Positions 31,522-42,553 of a DNA stretch of 64,000 bases are shown piece by piece (position 1 is the stretch's first letter; each line of letters begins with the position of its first letter). The DNA lies in assembly GCA_963558405.1 (NCBI GenBank), contig CAUWGC010000007.1, positions 23,166-87,165 of the forward strand, read 5' to 3'. A program made the position numbers and the translations under genes. The notes under the pieces were generated by a model that searched no databases, was not told the DNA's origin, and saw only the letters and a list, made by a program, of their open reading frames with translations. Source of the DNA: an uncultured Clostridia bacterium (lineage in GTDB: Bacteria > Bacillota > Clostridia > TANB77 > CAG-508).

Positions 31522-32727
31522 ATGAATATACCATTTTCACCACCGGATATATGTGAAAAAGAAATAAACGAAGTAGTGGATACATTAAAATCAGGATGGA
31601 TTACAACAGGTCCCAAAACAAAAAAATTAGAAAAGGACATTGCAAGTTATTGCAATGTCAAAAAAGCAGTTTGTCTAAATTCGGCAACCGCAAGCTTAGA
31701 ACTAACACTTAGAGTATTGGGAATAGGAAAAGGTGACGAAGTTATTGTTCCTGCATATACATATACTGCATCAGTTAGTCCAATTATACATGTTGGAGCA
31801 AAACCTGTTCTAATTGATATTCAAAAAGATTGCTTGGAAATGGATTATGATAAATTGAAAGAAGCTATTACTGACAAGACTAAAGCTATTATACCAGTTG
31901 ATATAGCAGGAATTTTATGTGATTATGATATAATTTATAACATAATAAGAGAAAAACAAAATATATTTAAGCCTACCCCTAATTCTTTACAAGAAAAATT
32001 TAATAGAATAGTAATAATTGCTGATTGTGCACATGGAATTGGTGCACAAAGAAATGGAAAAATGGCAGGAGAAATAGCAGATTTCACAACATTTTCTTTT
32101 CATGCTGTTAAAAATTTGACAACAGCAGAAGGTGGGGCAGTTGTATGGAAAGATGTAAATGGAATAGATAATGAAGAATTATATAAAGAATACCAATTAT
32201 TATCATTGCATGGACAAACTAAAGATGCATTACATAAAAATCAAATAGGTGCTTGGGAATATGACATAATTACACCTGCATATAAGTGCAACATGACAGA
32301 TATTAATGCTGCACTTGGTTTGGCACAATTGTCAAGATATCCACAATTATTAAAACGAAGACACGAAATAATAATGGAATACAATAAAGCTTTTGAAAAT
32401 GAGAAAATACAGATTCTACCACATGTAACTCGTAATGCTATTTCTTCTGGACATCTATATATAGTAAGAGTAAAAGATATTTCAGAAGAAAAGCGAAACG
32501 AAATTATTATAAAAATGGGAGAAAAAGGTATTTCATGTAATGTTCATTATAAACCAATTCCAATGTTAACCGCATATAAAAATTTAGGATTTGATATAAA
32601 GGAATATCCAAATGCATATGACTTTTACCATAACGAAATAACATTACCGTTATATAGCATATTAACAGACGAACAAGTAAGATATATTATAGAAAGTTTC
32701 AAAGAAATATTAAAGGAGACAATATGA
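31522..32727 (+). CDS. DegT/DnrJ-family sugar aminotransferase (AATGal type)
   Basis: IPFSPPD, GWITTGPK, FSFHAVKNLTTAEGG. Confidence 0.92.
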   Translation: MNIPFSPPDICEKEINEVVDTLKSGWITTGPKTKKLEKDIASYCNVKKAVCLNSATASLELTLRVLGIGKGDEVIVPAYTYTASVSPIIHVGAKPVLIDIQKDCLEMDYDKLKEAITDKTKAIIPVDIAGILCDYDIIYNIIREKQNIFKPTPNSLQEKFNRIVIIADCAHGIGAQRNGKMAGEIADFTTFSFHAVKNLTTAEGGAVVWKDVNGIDNEELYKEYQLLSLHGQTKDALHKNQIGAWEYDIITPAYKCNMTDINAALGLAQLSRYPQLLKRRHEIIMEYNKAFENEKIQILPHVTRNAISSGHLYIVRVKDISEEKRNEIIIKMGEKGISCNVHYKPIPMLTAYKNLGFDIKEYPNAYDFYHNEITLPLYSILTDEQVRYIIESFKEILKETI

Positions 32728-33422
32728 TTTTAAAAAAGTGGGATGATATTCCTGAAAAATTAAAAAATGATAAAGTAAAAGAATATTATGACTTATTGAA
32801 TAAGAAAAAAATTCAACTTATCTTAAAAAGGTTTTTTGACATTGTTGTTTCAGGAATAATGTTAATAATATTATCTCCAGTTTTCTTAATATTAGCAATA
32901 GCAATAAAAATGGATTCAAAAGGGCCGGTGTTTTATAGACAAAAAAGAATCACACAATACGGAAGAGCATTTTATATTTTTAAATTTAGGACAATGATAT
33001 ACAATGCTGATAAAGTGGGAACATTGGTGACAATTGGAAAAGATCCTAGAATTACAAAAGTTGGAAATAAAATAAGAAAGTGCAGATTAGATGAGATCCC
33101 TCAATTAATTAATATTTTTTTAGGAGATATGTCTTTTGTAGGAACAAGACCAGAGGTAGAAAAATATGTTGAATATTACACTGATGAAATGAAAGCAACG
33201 CTATTATTAAAAGCTGGAGTAACTTCTACAGCTAGTATTGAATATAAAGATGAAGATGATATTATTTTAAAATATTTAAAAAAAGGTGAAAAAATTGACA
33301 ATATATATACAAAATATGTTTTACCACAAAAAATGTTATGGAACCTAAAGGATATAAAAGAATTTAGTATTTTAAAAGATTTAAAAATAGAATTTAGAAC
33401 AATAGTAGCTGTTTTAAAATAA
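32724..33422 (+). CDS. initiating phosphoglycosyltransferase
   Basis: KRFFD, FKFRTM, DPRITKVG, LDEIPQL, GDMSFVGTRPE. Confidence 0.92.
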   Translation: MILKKWDDIPEKLKNDKVKEYYDLLNKKKIQLILKRFFDIVVSGIMLIILSPVFLILAIAIKMDSKGPVFYRQKRITQYGRAFYIFKFRTMIYNADKVGTLVTIGKDPRITKVGNKIRKCRLDEIPQLINIFLGDMSFVGTRPEVEKYVEYYTDEMKATLLLKAGVTSTASIEYKDEDDIILKYLKKGEKIDNIYTKYVLPQKMLWNLKDIKEFSILKDLKIEFRTIVAVLK

Positions 33423-33438
33423 AATTTGGGAGGAAATA

Positions 33439-34419
33439 ATGTTAGTAACGTTTATTATAGTAGCATATAATGCAGAAAAGGTAATAGTAAATTGCTTAAA
33501 ATGTTTAGAAAATCAAAATTATCCTCATGATCAAATAGAGGTTTTACTTGTAGATAGTAATTCAACAGATAAAACAAGAGAAAAGATGATTGAATTCAAA
33601 CAAAAATCACATAGTTTTAAAAGAATAGAAATTTTAGAAAATGAAAAAAAGACTTTACCTTGTGGTTGGAATGTTGCATTAAATAGTGCTGAGGGAGAAG
33701 TAATTGTGAGAGTGGATGCACATTCGACATTTCCAAATGATTTTATTAACGAAAATGTAAAAGAAATCCAAAATGGCGAGAATATAGTAGGTGGGCACAG
33801 AATAAGTGTAACAGCAGATGATACACAATGGCAAAAAACATTATTAATTGCAGAACAATCATTATTTGGGAGTGGAATTGCTAAATATAGGAGAACAGAT
33901 AAAAGAGAGTATGTAAATACATTAGCACATGCTATGTATAGGAAATCAGTATTTGACAAAGTGGGTAAGTATAATGAAAAGTTGGCTAGAACAGAAGATA
34001 ATGAAATGCACTATAGAATGAAAAAAGCTGGCTATAAATTTTTATTGTCACCTAATATAGTTTCTTATCATCATGTTAGAAATTCTTTAAAAGGAATGAT
34101 TAAGCAAAAGTATGGAAATGGAAAATGGATTGGAATAACTATGAAATATTGTCCAAAATGTTTTTCTATATATCATTTTGTACCATTTTTATTTGTATGT
34201 GGAATTTTAATAAGTATTATAGCTGCAATATTAGGATTTCCGGTGTTATTATATATATTGTTGGTAATGTATGGAATGTTTAATTTATTAAATTTAATAA
34301 TTATTTTTATTAATAATAAATTTTCAATTCAATATTTAGTACTTCCATTTATATTTTTAATTTTACATATAAGTTATGGATGGGGAACAATAGTAGGTCT
34401 AATCAAGAAAAAAAGATAG
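33439..34419 (+). CDS. GT2 glycosyltransferase with C-terminal TMs
   Basis: RVDAH, RTED motifs. Confidence 0.88.
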   Translation: MLVTFIIVAYNAEKVIVNCLKCLENQNYPHDQIEVLLVDSNSTDKTREKMIEFKQKSHSFKRIEILENEKKTLPCGWNVALNSAEGEVIVRVDAHSTFPNDFINENVKEIQNGENIVGGHRISVTADDTQWQKTLLIAEQSLFGSGIAKYRRTDKREYVNTLAHAMYRKSVFDKVGKYNEKLARTEDNEMHYRMKKAGYKFLLSPNIVSYHHVRNSLKGMIKQKYGNGKWIGITMKYCPKCFSIYHFVPFLFVCGILISIIAAILGFPVLLYILLVMYGMFNLLNLIIIFINNKFSIQYLVLPFIFLILHISYGWGTIVGLIKKKR

Positions 34420-34430
34420 GGAGATAGAAT

Positions 34431-35528
34431 ATGAAGTTAGGAATTATTACACATTATGATGTACATAATCATGGAGCATTGTTACAGTTACACTCATTAA
34501 AGACAGTATTAAAGTCATTAGGACATGAAGCTATCGCATTAAGATTTAAGCATAATTATGATTTCTTAGATGGTGATGCTGAAAACAAATATAATATCAC
34601 ATTAAAGTCAATACCTTTTTATATAGGTTATTTGTTAAAAAAAGGTTTACCAATTACGTATTTTAACTACAGAAAGAAAAAAATATTAGATAATTTTAAA
34701 GCAGAAAGAGAATTAGTTGGAGATTACTATTCACATTCAAAAGATATAGATGCTATCTTTATCGGAAGTGATGAAGTATTTAGTATAGAATGTGGTATAG
34801 TTCCAATTCTTTGGGGATTTGGTTCTACAACGAAGAATATTTATTCTTATGCTGCATCATTTGGACCTACTACCTTGGAATGGATAAAACAAAAAAATGC
34901 AACAGAATTTATTAGAGGTGGAATATCAAATATATCTAAAATTTCTGTTAGAGACGAAAATTCTAGAAAAATTATTGAAAATTTATCAAATAAGCAAGTA
35001 GAAATGGTTTGTGATCCTGTTATTTTATATGGATACGAAAAAGAAATAAAAGAATTTACAAAGCCGGAAAATTATAAATATATTTTGATATATTCCTATG
35101 ATAATAACATGAATAAAGAAGAAGAAATAAAAAAAATAAAAGAATTTGCAGACAAAAGAAATTTAAAAATTATTTCTGTAGGATTTTATCATAAATGGTG
35201 TGACAAGTCTATAAATGTTTCTCCAATAGAATTGATAAGATATATAAATGGTGCAGAGTTGGTAATAACAGATACATTTCATGGAAGTGTTATATCTATT
35301 ATTACCAATAGTGAATTTATCACTAAAATTAGAGGAAATGGGAATAAGTTACGTTTCTTATTAAAGCAACATGGATTAGAACATAGAATAACTGAAAATT
35401 TTGAAAATATAGAAGAAATAGTGAATACAAAAATAAACTATGATAATGTTAATAAAATTATAAAAAATGAAAGAGAAGAATCAATTAAATTCTTAAAGTC
35501 ATGTTTGGAGAATAACGTTAATGAATAA
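34431..35528 (+). CDS. polysaccharide pyruvyltransferase family protein (copy 1)
   Basis: NHGALLQ, GSDEV, SYAAS, SVRD, DP, DTFHG. Confidence 0.88.
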   Translation: MKLGIITHYDVHNHGALLQLHSLKTVLKSLGHEAIALRFKHNYDFLDGDAENKYNITLKSIPFYIGYLLKKGLPITYFNYRKKKILDNFKAERELVGDYYSHSKDIDAIFIGSDEVFSIECGIVPILWGFGSTTKNIYSYAASFGPTTLEWIKQKNATEFIRGGISNISKISVRDENSRKIIENLSNKQVEMVCDPVILYGYEKEIKEFTKPENYKYILIYSYDNNMNKEEEIKKIKEFADKRNLKIISVGFYHKWCDKSINVSPIELIRYINGAELVITDTFHGSVISIITNSEFITKIRGNGNKLRFLLKQHGLEHRITENFENIEEIVNTKINYDNVNKIIKNEREESIKFLKSCLENNVNE

Positions 35529-36741
35529 TATAAATGATGAAGAAGAAAAAGTAAATACTTGTACTAGTTGTGGAATGTGTTCAGCTATATGTCCAAAAAA
35601 TGCAATAAATATGGAAATAAATAAATATGGATTTTATAGACCCATAATAAACAAAAATAAATGTATTAATTGTGGTCTGTGTAAAAAAGTATGTTATAAA
35701 TATGATATTGAAAATGAAAAAAAAGAAATAAATCCAGATGTATATGCAGCATATTCAAAAGATGAGGAGATACTAAAAACATCAACATCTGGAGGTATTG
35801 CTACAATTATAGCAAAAGAGCTTTTAAAACTTAATTATGCGATTGTAGGTGTAAAATATGATTTGACACGAAATATCGCTATTTCTAAAATAATAAAATC
35901 AGAAAAAGAATTAGATGATTTAAAAGGATCTAAATATATACAATCTTATACACATGATGCTTTTATGGAAATGATAAATGACAAAACTTCTCAAAAATAT
36001 GTTGTTTTTGGATTACCATGTCATATATATTCTGTTAGAAAATATATGAAAATTAAAGAAAATAGAAATAAATATGTATTAATTGATTTGTTTTGTCACG
36101 GTTGCCCAAGTATGAACCTATGGCAAAAATACTTGAAAGAAATAAATAAAAAAAATAAAATTTCAGACATAACAAAGGTGAATTTTAGAAGTAAAGAAAA
36201 AGGATGGCATGAATATTGTATTTCAATAGAAAATAAAAGTAAAAAATATGTTTCAAATTCAATGGATGATTTTTACACATTATTTTTCAGTGATTTAGCT
36301 TTAAATGATAGTTGTTATAACTGTACATTAAGAAGTTCTTTCACATATACTGATATACGATTAGGAGATTTTTGGGGAGAAAAATATGATACTAATACTA
36401 AAGGAATATCAGCATTAGTATTATGTACTCAAAAAGGAAAAGAAATTTTTGAATTTATTAAAGATAATATAGTATATAGTGAAGAAAAGATTGATATTGT
36501 TGTGGAAAATCAATCTTTTGGTAAAAAATATGAAATTGATTTTAAAATGAGAGATTTAATATTAGAGAATTTATCAAATAATAAATTAAGCATAAAAGAA
36601 GCAACAAAAATGTATAAAAATTCTTTAAATTTAAAACAGAAGATAAAAAGAAATATAAAAGAAATATTTTATTTAGTTCCACAAAAAAATAGATTATATA
36701 TAAAGAAGATATATCATAAAATCAAGAAAGGAATTAATTAA
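35521..36741 (+). CDS. ferredoxin + FrhB/FdhB-like (F420 hydrogenase beta subunit family) protein (copy 1)
   Basis: Two CxxCxxCxxxC motifs; STSGG, GSKY, PC, CHG, CYNC, GDFWG. Confidence 0.88.
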   Translation: MNNINDEEEKVNTCTSCGMCSAICPKNAINMEINKYGFYRPIINKNKCINCGLCKKVCYKYDIENEKKEINPDVYAAYSKDEEILKTSTSGGIATIIAKELLKLNYAIVGVKYDLTRNIAISKIIKSEKELDDLKGSKYIQSYTHDAFMEMINDKTSQKYVVFGLPCHIYSVRKYMKIKENRNKYVLIDLFCHGCPSMNLWQKYLKEINKKNKISDITKVNFRSKEKGWHEYCISIENKSKKYVSNSMDDFYTLFFSDLALNDSCYNCTLRSSFTYTDIRLGDFWGEKYDTNTKGISALVLCTQKGKEIFEFIKDNIVYSEEKIDIVVENQSFGKKYEIDFKMRDLILENLSNNKLSIKEATKMYKNSLNLKQKIKRNIKEIFYLVPQKNRLYIKKIYHKIKKGIN

Positions 36742-36743
36742 AA

Positions 36744-37709
36744 ATGAAAATGTTCAGTATTATTATTCCATGTTATAATGCTTTTAAGTTAATGTCAAAG
36801 AATTTAAATAATTTAGAAAATCAAACATCAAAAGATTTTGAAGTGATAATTGTAGATGATTGTTCAACAGATAATTCTTATCAGGAATTATTAGATTATT
36901 CTAAAAAAAGTAAAATGGATATAAAAATTATAAAAAATGAAAGAAATTTGGGACCAGGTGAAACTAGAAATAATGGAATAAGAAAAGCAGAAGGCGAATA
37001 CATTTTCTTTATTGATTCAGATGATTATATAGAAATTGATACTATAGAAGAATTAAGTAATATAGTAAAGAAAGAAAAAGCGGATTGTATATTTTTTGAT
37101 TATTATATTGATAAAGCAAAAATGGTTACCAAAAGAAATGTATTGGATAATATAAATGAAGATTTTTGTAAATCTGATGCTTTAATATATAGTTCTGGCA
37201 CTACATTAGGGAAGGTTTATAAATTAAAAAATATCAAAGAAAATAATATTAAATTCCTTGACTTAAAAAGAAACGAGGACATGCCATTTAATAAAGTAGC
37301 AATAGCGTATAGCAACAGTTTCTTTTATTTAAGAAAAAATTTATATCATTATGTTATGAATAATAATTCTCTTATGCATAGAAATGAATTACTAGATGAA
37401 AATAATGCTATCAAAGCCTTTAAATATGTAAAGGAAAGAATAGGAGAAAAATTTCCATATGAAACAGAAGCAATTTTCATAAAGGAATATTTATATGGAA
37501 CAATTACAACTGTAACTCAAAAAAAAATGTCAAATAAGGAATTAAAAAAATACATAATTAAAACTTCTAAATTATATGAAAATTGGTACAGAAATAAAAG
37601 TATTTATAGACAACCTATACATGTGAGAATATGTTTAAAGTTGATAAAACACAAAAATATTTTTTTATTAAAACTATTAATGAAAATTAGAAAAATATTT
37701 GTAAGATAA
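36744..37709 (+). CDS. GT2 glycosyltransferase
   Basis: SIIIPCYN, DDCSTD, FIDSDD, NED. Confidence 0.9.
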   Translation: MKMFSIIIPCYNAFKLMSKNLNNLENQTSKDFEVIIVDDCSTDNSYQELLDYSKKSKMDIKIIKNERNLGPGETRNNGIRKAEGEYIFFIDSDDYIEIDTIEELSNIVKKEKADCIFFDYYIDKAKMVTKRNVLDNINEDFCKSDALIYSSGTTLGKVYKLKNIKENNIKFLDLKRNEDMPFNKVAIAYSNSFFYLRKNLYHYVMNNNSLMHRNELLDENNAIKAFKYVKERIGEKFPYETEAIFIKEYLYGTITTVTQKKMSNKELKKYIIKTSKLYENWYRNKSIYRQPIHVRICLKLIKHKNIFLLKLLMKIRKIFVR

Positions 37710-37712
37710 AGG

Positions 37713-38825
37713 ATGAAAAAAATGATAAGTTCAGTAATTATTTATGGTGTTACATTTATCATAGCACTAGTTTTTATGTATTTATATGATAATAAATATA
37801 AAAAATTGGAAAAAAATAAAATATTAAAAGGTTTATGTATTTTAGGAATTATTTTACCACCAGTATTACTTGCAGGTTTAAGATATGGAATTGGAATTGA
37901 TTATGAATCTTATGTAATTAATTATAATTATATAGCAAATAATATTTCTTTTAACATTATATTTAATTTTTATCAAGAACCACTTAGTATGGTTATATAT
38001 ATATTAGCAAAATTGATTTTTAATGACAGTGTAGGTTTCTTTTTACTTTCAAGTTTTATTACAATTTTATTCGTTTTCTTAGGCATAAAAAAATACAAAG
38101 ATAAAATTAATTTGACAGTTGCTTTATTCATCTACTTTATGTTTTATTATGGTGTATCATATAATGCTGTGAGACAATGTATTGCAGTTTCAATTATCTT
38201 TTTTGCTTATCAATATGTAATTGATAAAAAATTTATAAAATATGCTATATGGATTATTATAGCTGGATTATTTCATAAATCAGCATATATTTTTATGTTA
38301 GTTTACTTTCTATGTCCAAGGAAGGAAACTAAATATTCAAAAAAAATAGATTTACTTTATTATGCTATTATTGTATTAAGTCCTATAATAGTTCCAATTG
38401 TAGTAAAAATTATACCAGTAATTACCGACTTTTTAGGAATTTATAGCAGTTATGCAAGTAAAGAGATAGTAGTAAAGTATGGTTTTTTGTTATATATAAT
38501 TCCTACATTGATTCCAATATTTATATTCAAAAAAAATATATTAAAAGAAAATTATCGTTACAACTTTTTTATAAGAGTAATATTGTTGCAAATTCCGTTA
38601 CAATTCGCAGCAAATTATATTGCTTATGTAGATAGAATTGCTTTATATTCTTCAGTTGTACAAATAGTACTAATACCTATAATGATAAAATCTATTGAAA
38701 ATATAAAAATGAAGAAGCTGATAACAACAGGTGTTATTGGATGGTATTTATTTTACTATGTAGTAATGTTTATTTATTTAAATTCAAATGTTACATATCC
38801 ATATACTAGTATATTTTTTAGATAG
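37713..38825 (+). CDS. EpsG-family polymerase (Wzy)
   Basis: Polytopic; LRYGIGIDYESY, EP, NAVRQ, FHKSA. Confidence 0.85.
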   Translation: MKKMISSVIIYGVTFIIALVFMYLYDNKYKKLEKNKILKGLCILGIILPPVLLAGLRYGIGIDYESYVINYNYIANNISFNIIFNFYQEPLSMVIYILAKLIFNDSVGFFLLSSFITILFVFLGIKKYKDKINLTVALFIYFMFYYGVSYNAVRQCIAVSIIFFAYQYVIDKKFIKYAIWIIIAGLFHKSAYIFMLVYFLCPRKETKYSKKIDLLYYAIIVLSPIIVPIVVKIIPVITDFLGIYSSYASKEIVVKYGFLLYIIPTLIPIFIFKKNILKENYRYNFFIRVILLQIPLQFAANYIAYVDRIALYSSVVQIVLIPIMIKSIENIKMKKLITTGVIGWYLFYYVVMFIYLNSNVTYPYTSIFFR

Positions 38826-38834
38826 GAGAATAAA

Positions 38835-39776
38835 ATGAAAATAAGTGTTATTATACCAGTATACAATGTAGAAAAATATATAAAAAAATGTTTAGAAACT
38901 GTAAAAGAACAAACATATAAGGATATAGAAGTAATTATAGTTAATGATGGTACAAAAGACAATTCTCAAAATATAATTAATGAATTTGTTAAAAAAGATT
39001 CACGTTTTAAGTCATTTATAAAAGAAAATGGTGGATTATCTGATGCTAGAAATTATGGAACTCAAAAAGCAACTGGAGATTATATTATTTATTTAGATTC
39101 TGATGATTTTTGGGATTTAGATTTATTGGAAAGATTAGTAGAACAAATAGATTCAAATAAGGAAATACCAGATTTAATATATTTCCCCAAAAGGATAATA
39201 ACAGAAAATGAAAAATTTATTAAACAAGAAAATGTACCTAATATTAGTATGGAAACAGGAGAAAATGTAATATCAATTTTAAGAAATCTACATATTACAT
39301 TCGAAACGGCTTGGTGTTATTTAATAAATAGAGAATTTTGGAATAAAAACTCATTTCAATTTGAAAAAGGAAAATTACATGAAGATATAGGTATTATGCC
39401 AATTGTATTAGTACAAGCACAAAAAGTATCTGTTGTTAATAATTCATTTTACAATTATGTTCAAAGAGAAGGTAGTATAACCAATAATACCAATTATCAA
39501 AATTTATTAAAGCGACTAAATGATTTATTATACTTTTATGATGTTTATCAAGAAAAATTGACAAAACTTAATGTAAGAAATAAAACAAAAAAAATATTAG
39601 AGGAATATATTGCATCAGGAGTATTACAGAAAGCTTGTTTTCTAAAAGAAAAAGAATTCAAAGAGTATAAAGAAAAAATAAAAAATAGAAAAGTATTATC
39701 TAAAATTTATTGTACATCTTTTAGAAGTATAATAAAAAGAATTTATTATATATTAAAATTGTATTTATTATGTTAA
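38835..39776 (+). CDS. GT2 glycosyltransferase
   Basis: SVIIPVYN, NGGLSDARN, LDSDD, HED. Confidence 0.92.
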   Translation: MKISVIIPVYNVEKYIKKCLETVKEQTYKDIEVIIVNDGTKDNSQNIINEFVKKDSRFKSFIKENGGLSDARNYGTQKATGDYIIYLDSDDFWDLDLLERLVEQIDSNKEIPDLIYFPKRIITENEKFIKQENVPNISMETGENVISILRNLHITFETAWCYLINREFWNKNSFQFEKGKLHEDIGIMPIVLVQAQKVSVVNNSFYNYVQREGSITNNTNYQNLLKRLNDLLYFYDVYQEKLTKLNVRNKTKKILEEYIASGVLQKACFLKEKEFKEYKEKIKNRKVLSKIYCTSFRSIIKRIYYILKLYLLC

Positions 39777-39789
39777 AGGAAAGGTATTT

Positions 39790-41316
39790 ATGAACACTAA
39801 AAAACAACTAGCAATAAATATGGGAGCTAGTATAACTTGTTTTATTATAAATTTAATTATAAACTTCTTTTTATCACCATATATTATCGCAAATGTAGGA
39901 ACAGAGGCATATGGTTTTGTATCTTTGGCAAATAATTTTGTGAATTATGCAACAATTATAACTATTGCGCTAAATTCCATGGCTAGCAGATTTATAACAA
40001 TAGCAATACATAATAATAAAAAAGAGGAAGTTAATAAGTATTATACATCTATTTTAATAGCTAATATATTTTTAATTACTTTACTAATAATACCTGCAAT
40101 CGTTATTGTATTATATTTGGAAAAGTTCTTAAATATATCAATAGATTTAATTTGGGATGTAAAATTATTATTCTCGCTTATATTCTTTAATTTTTTTGTT
40201 ACAATAATTGACTCTACATATAGCATTGCAACTTTTGCAACCAATAAATTATATTTAAAATCAATTAAAACTATTGAAGCATATGTTTTGAAAATATCTA
40301 TAATGTTTCTAGCTTTTATATGTTTTAAGCCATCTGTTTTTTTTGTTGGTTTAGCTACGGCAATTAGTTCAATTTTCTTGTTATTGTGGAATATGTATTA
40401 TACTAAAACGTTATTACCAAATGTTGAGATAAAGAAGAAATATTTTGATTATAAAAAGGTAAAAGAATTGATTGGCGCAGGTATATGGAATACAATAACA
40501 AAACTTGGAACATTGTTAACAGATGGACTCGATTTGGTTATTTGTAACCTTTTAATTAATCCAATTGCTATGGGACAGTTGGCTATTGTAAAAACTCTTA
40601 GTAGTGCAGTAGGATCTCTTATTTCTACAGTATCTTCAGTATTCCAACCTCAATTAACAGTAAAATATGCAAAAGGAGAAATTCAAGAATTAGTTGAAGA
40701 ACTAAAAACTTCTATGAAAATCACAGGTATTTTTGCAAATATACCATTAGTCTTTTTAATAATTTTTGGACCAGCTTTTTATGCTTTATGGACGCCATCT
40801 GAAAATAGTTCAATGTTAACAATTTTAACAGTATTAACATTACAAGGAGTTATTATTTCTGGAGTAATTACTCCAATGTATTCTATTTATACTATTACAA
40901 ATAAGATAAAAGTTGATGCTATTTGTAGAGTTATTATAGGAATTATATGCGTTCCAATAGTATTTATATTATTAAAAACTACAAATCTAGGAATTTATGC
41001 AGTAGCAGGAGTTAGCACAACAATAGGAACTATATTTAACTTTTTCTTTGTTCCAATGTACTGTTCATATTGCTTGAAAATTAAAAGCAAAGGATTTTAT
41101 TTTATAATTTTCAAATATATTTTGACAACCTTAATCATCATTTCAATACTATTTGGAATAAAACAAGTGTTATATCCTACTAGTTGGTTATCACTAATTT
41201 GTGCGGGAATTGTTACATGTATAATAGGATTTTTTAGTAATTATTTCATATTGATTAATAATAAAGAAAGAAAAATTATATATAATATGATTTATAATAA
41301 ATTAAGGAGAAATTAG
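39790..41316 (+). CDS. Wzx-type oligosaccharide flippase
   Basis: 508-aa polytopic membrane protein with G.EAYG motif, inside the polysaccharide locus. Confidence 0.85.
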   Translation: MNTKKQLAINMGASITCFIINLIINFFLSPYIIANVGTEAYGFVSLANNFVNYATIITIALNSMASRFITIAIHNNKKEEVNKYYTSILIANIFLITLLIIPAIVIVLYLEKFLNISIDLIWDVKLLFSLIFFNFFVTIIDSTYSIATFATNKLYLKSIKTIEAYVLKISIMFLAFICFKPSVFFVGLATAISSIFLLLWNMYYTKTLLPNVEIKKKYFDYKKVKELIGAGIWNTITKLGTLLTDGLDLVICNLLINPIAMGQLAIVKTLSSAVGSLISTVSSVFQPQLTVKYAKGEIQELVEELKTSMKITGIFANIPLVFLIIFGPAFYALWTPSENSSMLTILTVLTLQGVIISGVITPMYSIYTITNKIKVDAICRVIIGIICVPIVFILLKTTNLGIYAVAGVSTTIGTIFNFFFVPMYCSYCLKIKSKGFYFIIFKYILTTLIIISILFGIKQVLYPTSWLSLICAGIVTCIIGFFSNYFILINNKERKIIYNMIYNKLRRN

Positions 41317-41363
41317 AATTAAAATTACAATTTTCAATCTAATTTGTCCTTCTTGAAAGGAAT

Positions 41364-42281
41364 GTGATAAAAATGGAAAAAGAAGTAACATTGGTTACAG
41401 CATTTTTTGATATAGGTAGAAAAGACTTCAAAGTAATTCCAAGAAGTAATGAACAATATTTTAGCTATTTTAAGGTTTGGGCTAAAATGAAAAACAAGTT
41501 AATTGTATATACAAATTCTTTAATGGCGCAAAAAGTAAAAGAAGAGAGAGAAAAATGGGGATTGTTAGATAAAACAATTGTAATTGAAATAAATGATGAG
41601 ACAAGCATAGTTCCAGATATATTTAAAAAAATGACAGAAATTAGCAGAAATCCTTATTTTTTAAATTATCGACTAAAGTCAAATGCAATGTCCAATAATG
41701 CACACTATGATTATGTTATGCTACTAAAATACTGGTGCTTAGCAGATGCTGTAAAAAATGGATATGCAGATGGAATGTTAGCTTGGATTGATTTTGGATT
41801 CAATCATGGAGATTCATGTTATATTAACCCAGATGAATTTAATTTCTGCTGGAAAACAAAATTAGAAGAAAAAATTCATCTATTTACTTTGGGAGATATA
41901 ACGCAGAAGCCTATTTTCCATCTAGTAAGAACATTAGAAGATTCTATTATGGGATGCATAATTATATTACCATCTAGTTTATGTGAAAAATTTTGGAATT
42001 TGATTAAGCAATCGACAGAAGCACTAATAGATGTGGGCTTTATAGATGACGATCAGTTAATGGTTTTGATGGCATATAGAAAAGAAAAAGATGTTTTTAG
42101 GATACACGAAAGTGATTGGTTCTTGCCACTTAAGGAAAATGGTGCAGAACATTTGACTGTTAAAGAAAAGAATGAACAGAATAAAAATATTGTAAGGAAA
42201 TTAAGAGAAAAAATTAATTTATCTAAGAGAAAAGAGATAAATAGTTATTTAAAAAGAATAAAAAAAGAAATAGGAAATTAA
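41364..42281 (+). CDS. WlaTC/HtrL(YibB)-family glycosyltransferase (start may be 41373)
   Basis: TLVTAFFDIGR, WIDFG, DDDQ. Confidence 0.82.
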   Translation: MIKMEKEVTLVTAFFDIGRKDFKVIPRSNEQYFSYFKVWAKMKNKLIVYTNSLMAQKVKEEREKWGLLDKTIVIEINDETSIVPDIFKKMTEISRNPYFLNYRLKSNAMSNNAHYDYVMLLKYWCLADAVKNGYADGMLAWIDFGFNHGDSCYINPDEFNFCWKTKLEEKIHLFTLGDITQKPIFHLVRTLEDSIMGCIIILPSSLCEKFWNLIKQSTEALIDVGFIDDDQLMVLMAYRKEKDVFRIHESDWFLPLKENGAEHLTVKEKNEQNKNIVRKLREKINLSKRKEINSYLKRIKKEIGN

Positions 42282-42284
42282 TAT

Positions 42285-42553
42285 ATGTTGCTAATAATAC
42301 ACAAACATGGAGTAAAAGTAAGAAAGGCAGTATTATAATAGAAAGAGATGTGTGGATAGGAGCTAATAGCATTATTTTAAGAAATTCTATTGTTGGGTAC
42401 AATAGCGTAATTGCAGCTGGAGCTATAGTAAAAACAAATGTACATAAAAATACCTTGTTGTTGTGTGAAAAAAATATATATAAAGAAATAGGAGAATATG
42501 ATGAAAAAGATAGTAATGATAGTGCCCAATTGTCTACCAATACCTGCAGTTAA
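42285..42553 (+). pseudogene. hexapeptide-repeat (LbH) acetyltransferase remnant
   Basis: IIIERDVWIGANSIIL...SVIAAGAIV is only the C-terminal part; the RBS-linked ATG at 42285 is out of frame. Confidence 0.7.

Noticed and set aside
35521-36741. FrhB-like genes as evidence of an F420 hydrogenase
   Set aside because: No other hydrogenase subunits or maturation genes; both copies are embedded in a polysaccharide operon
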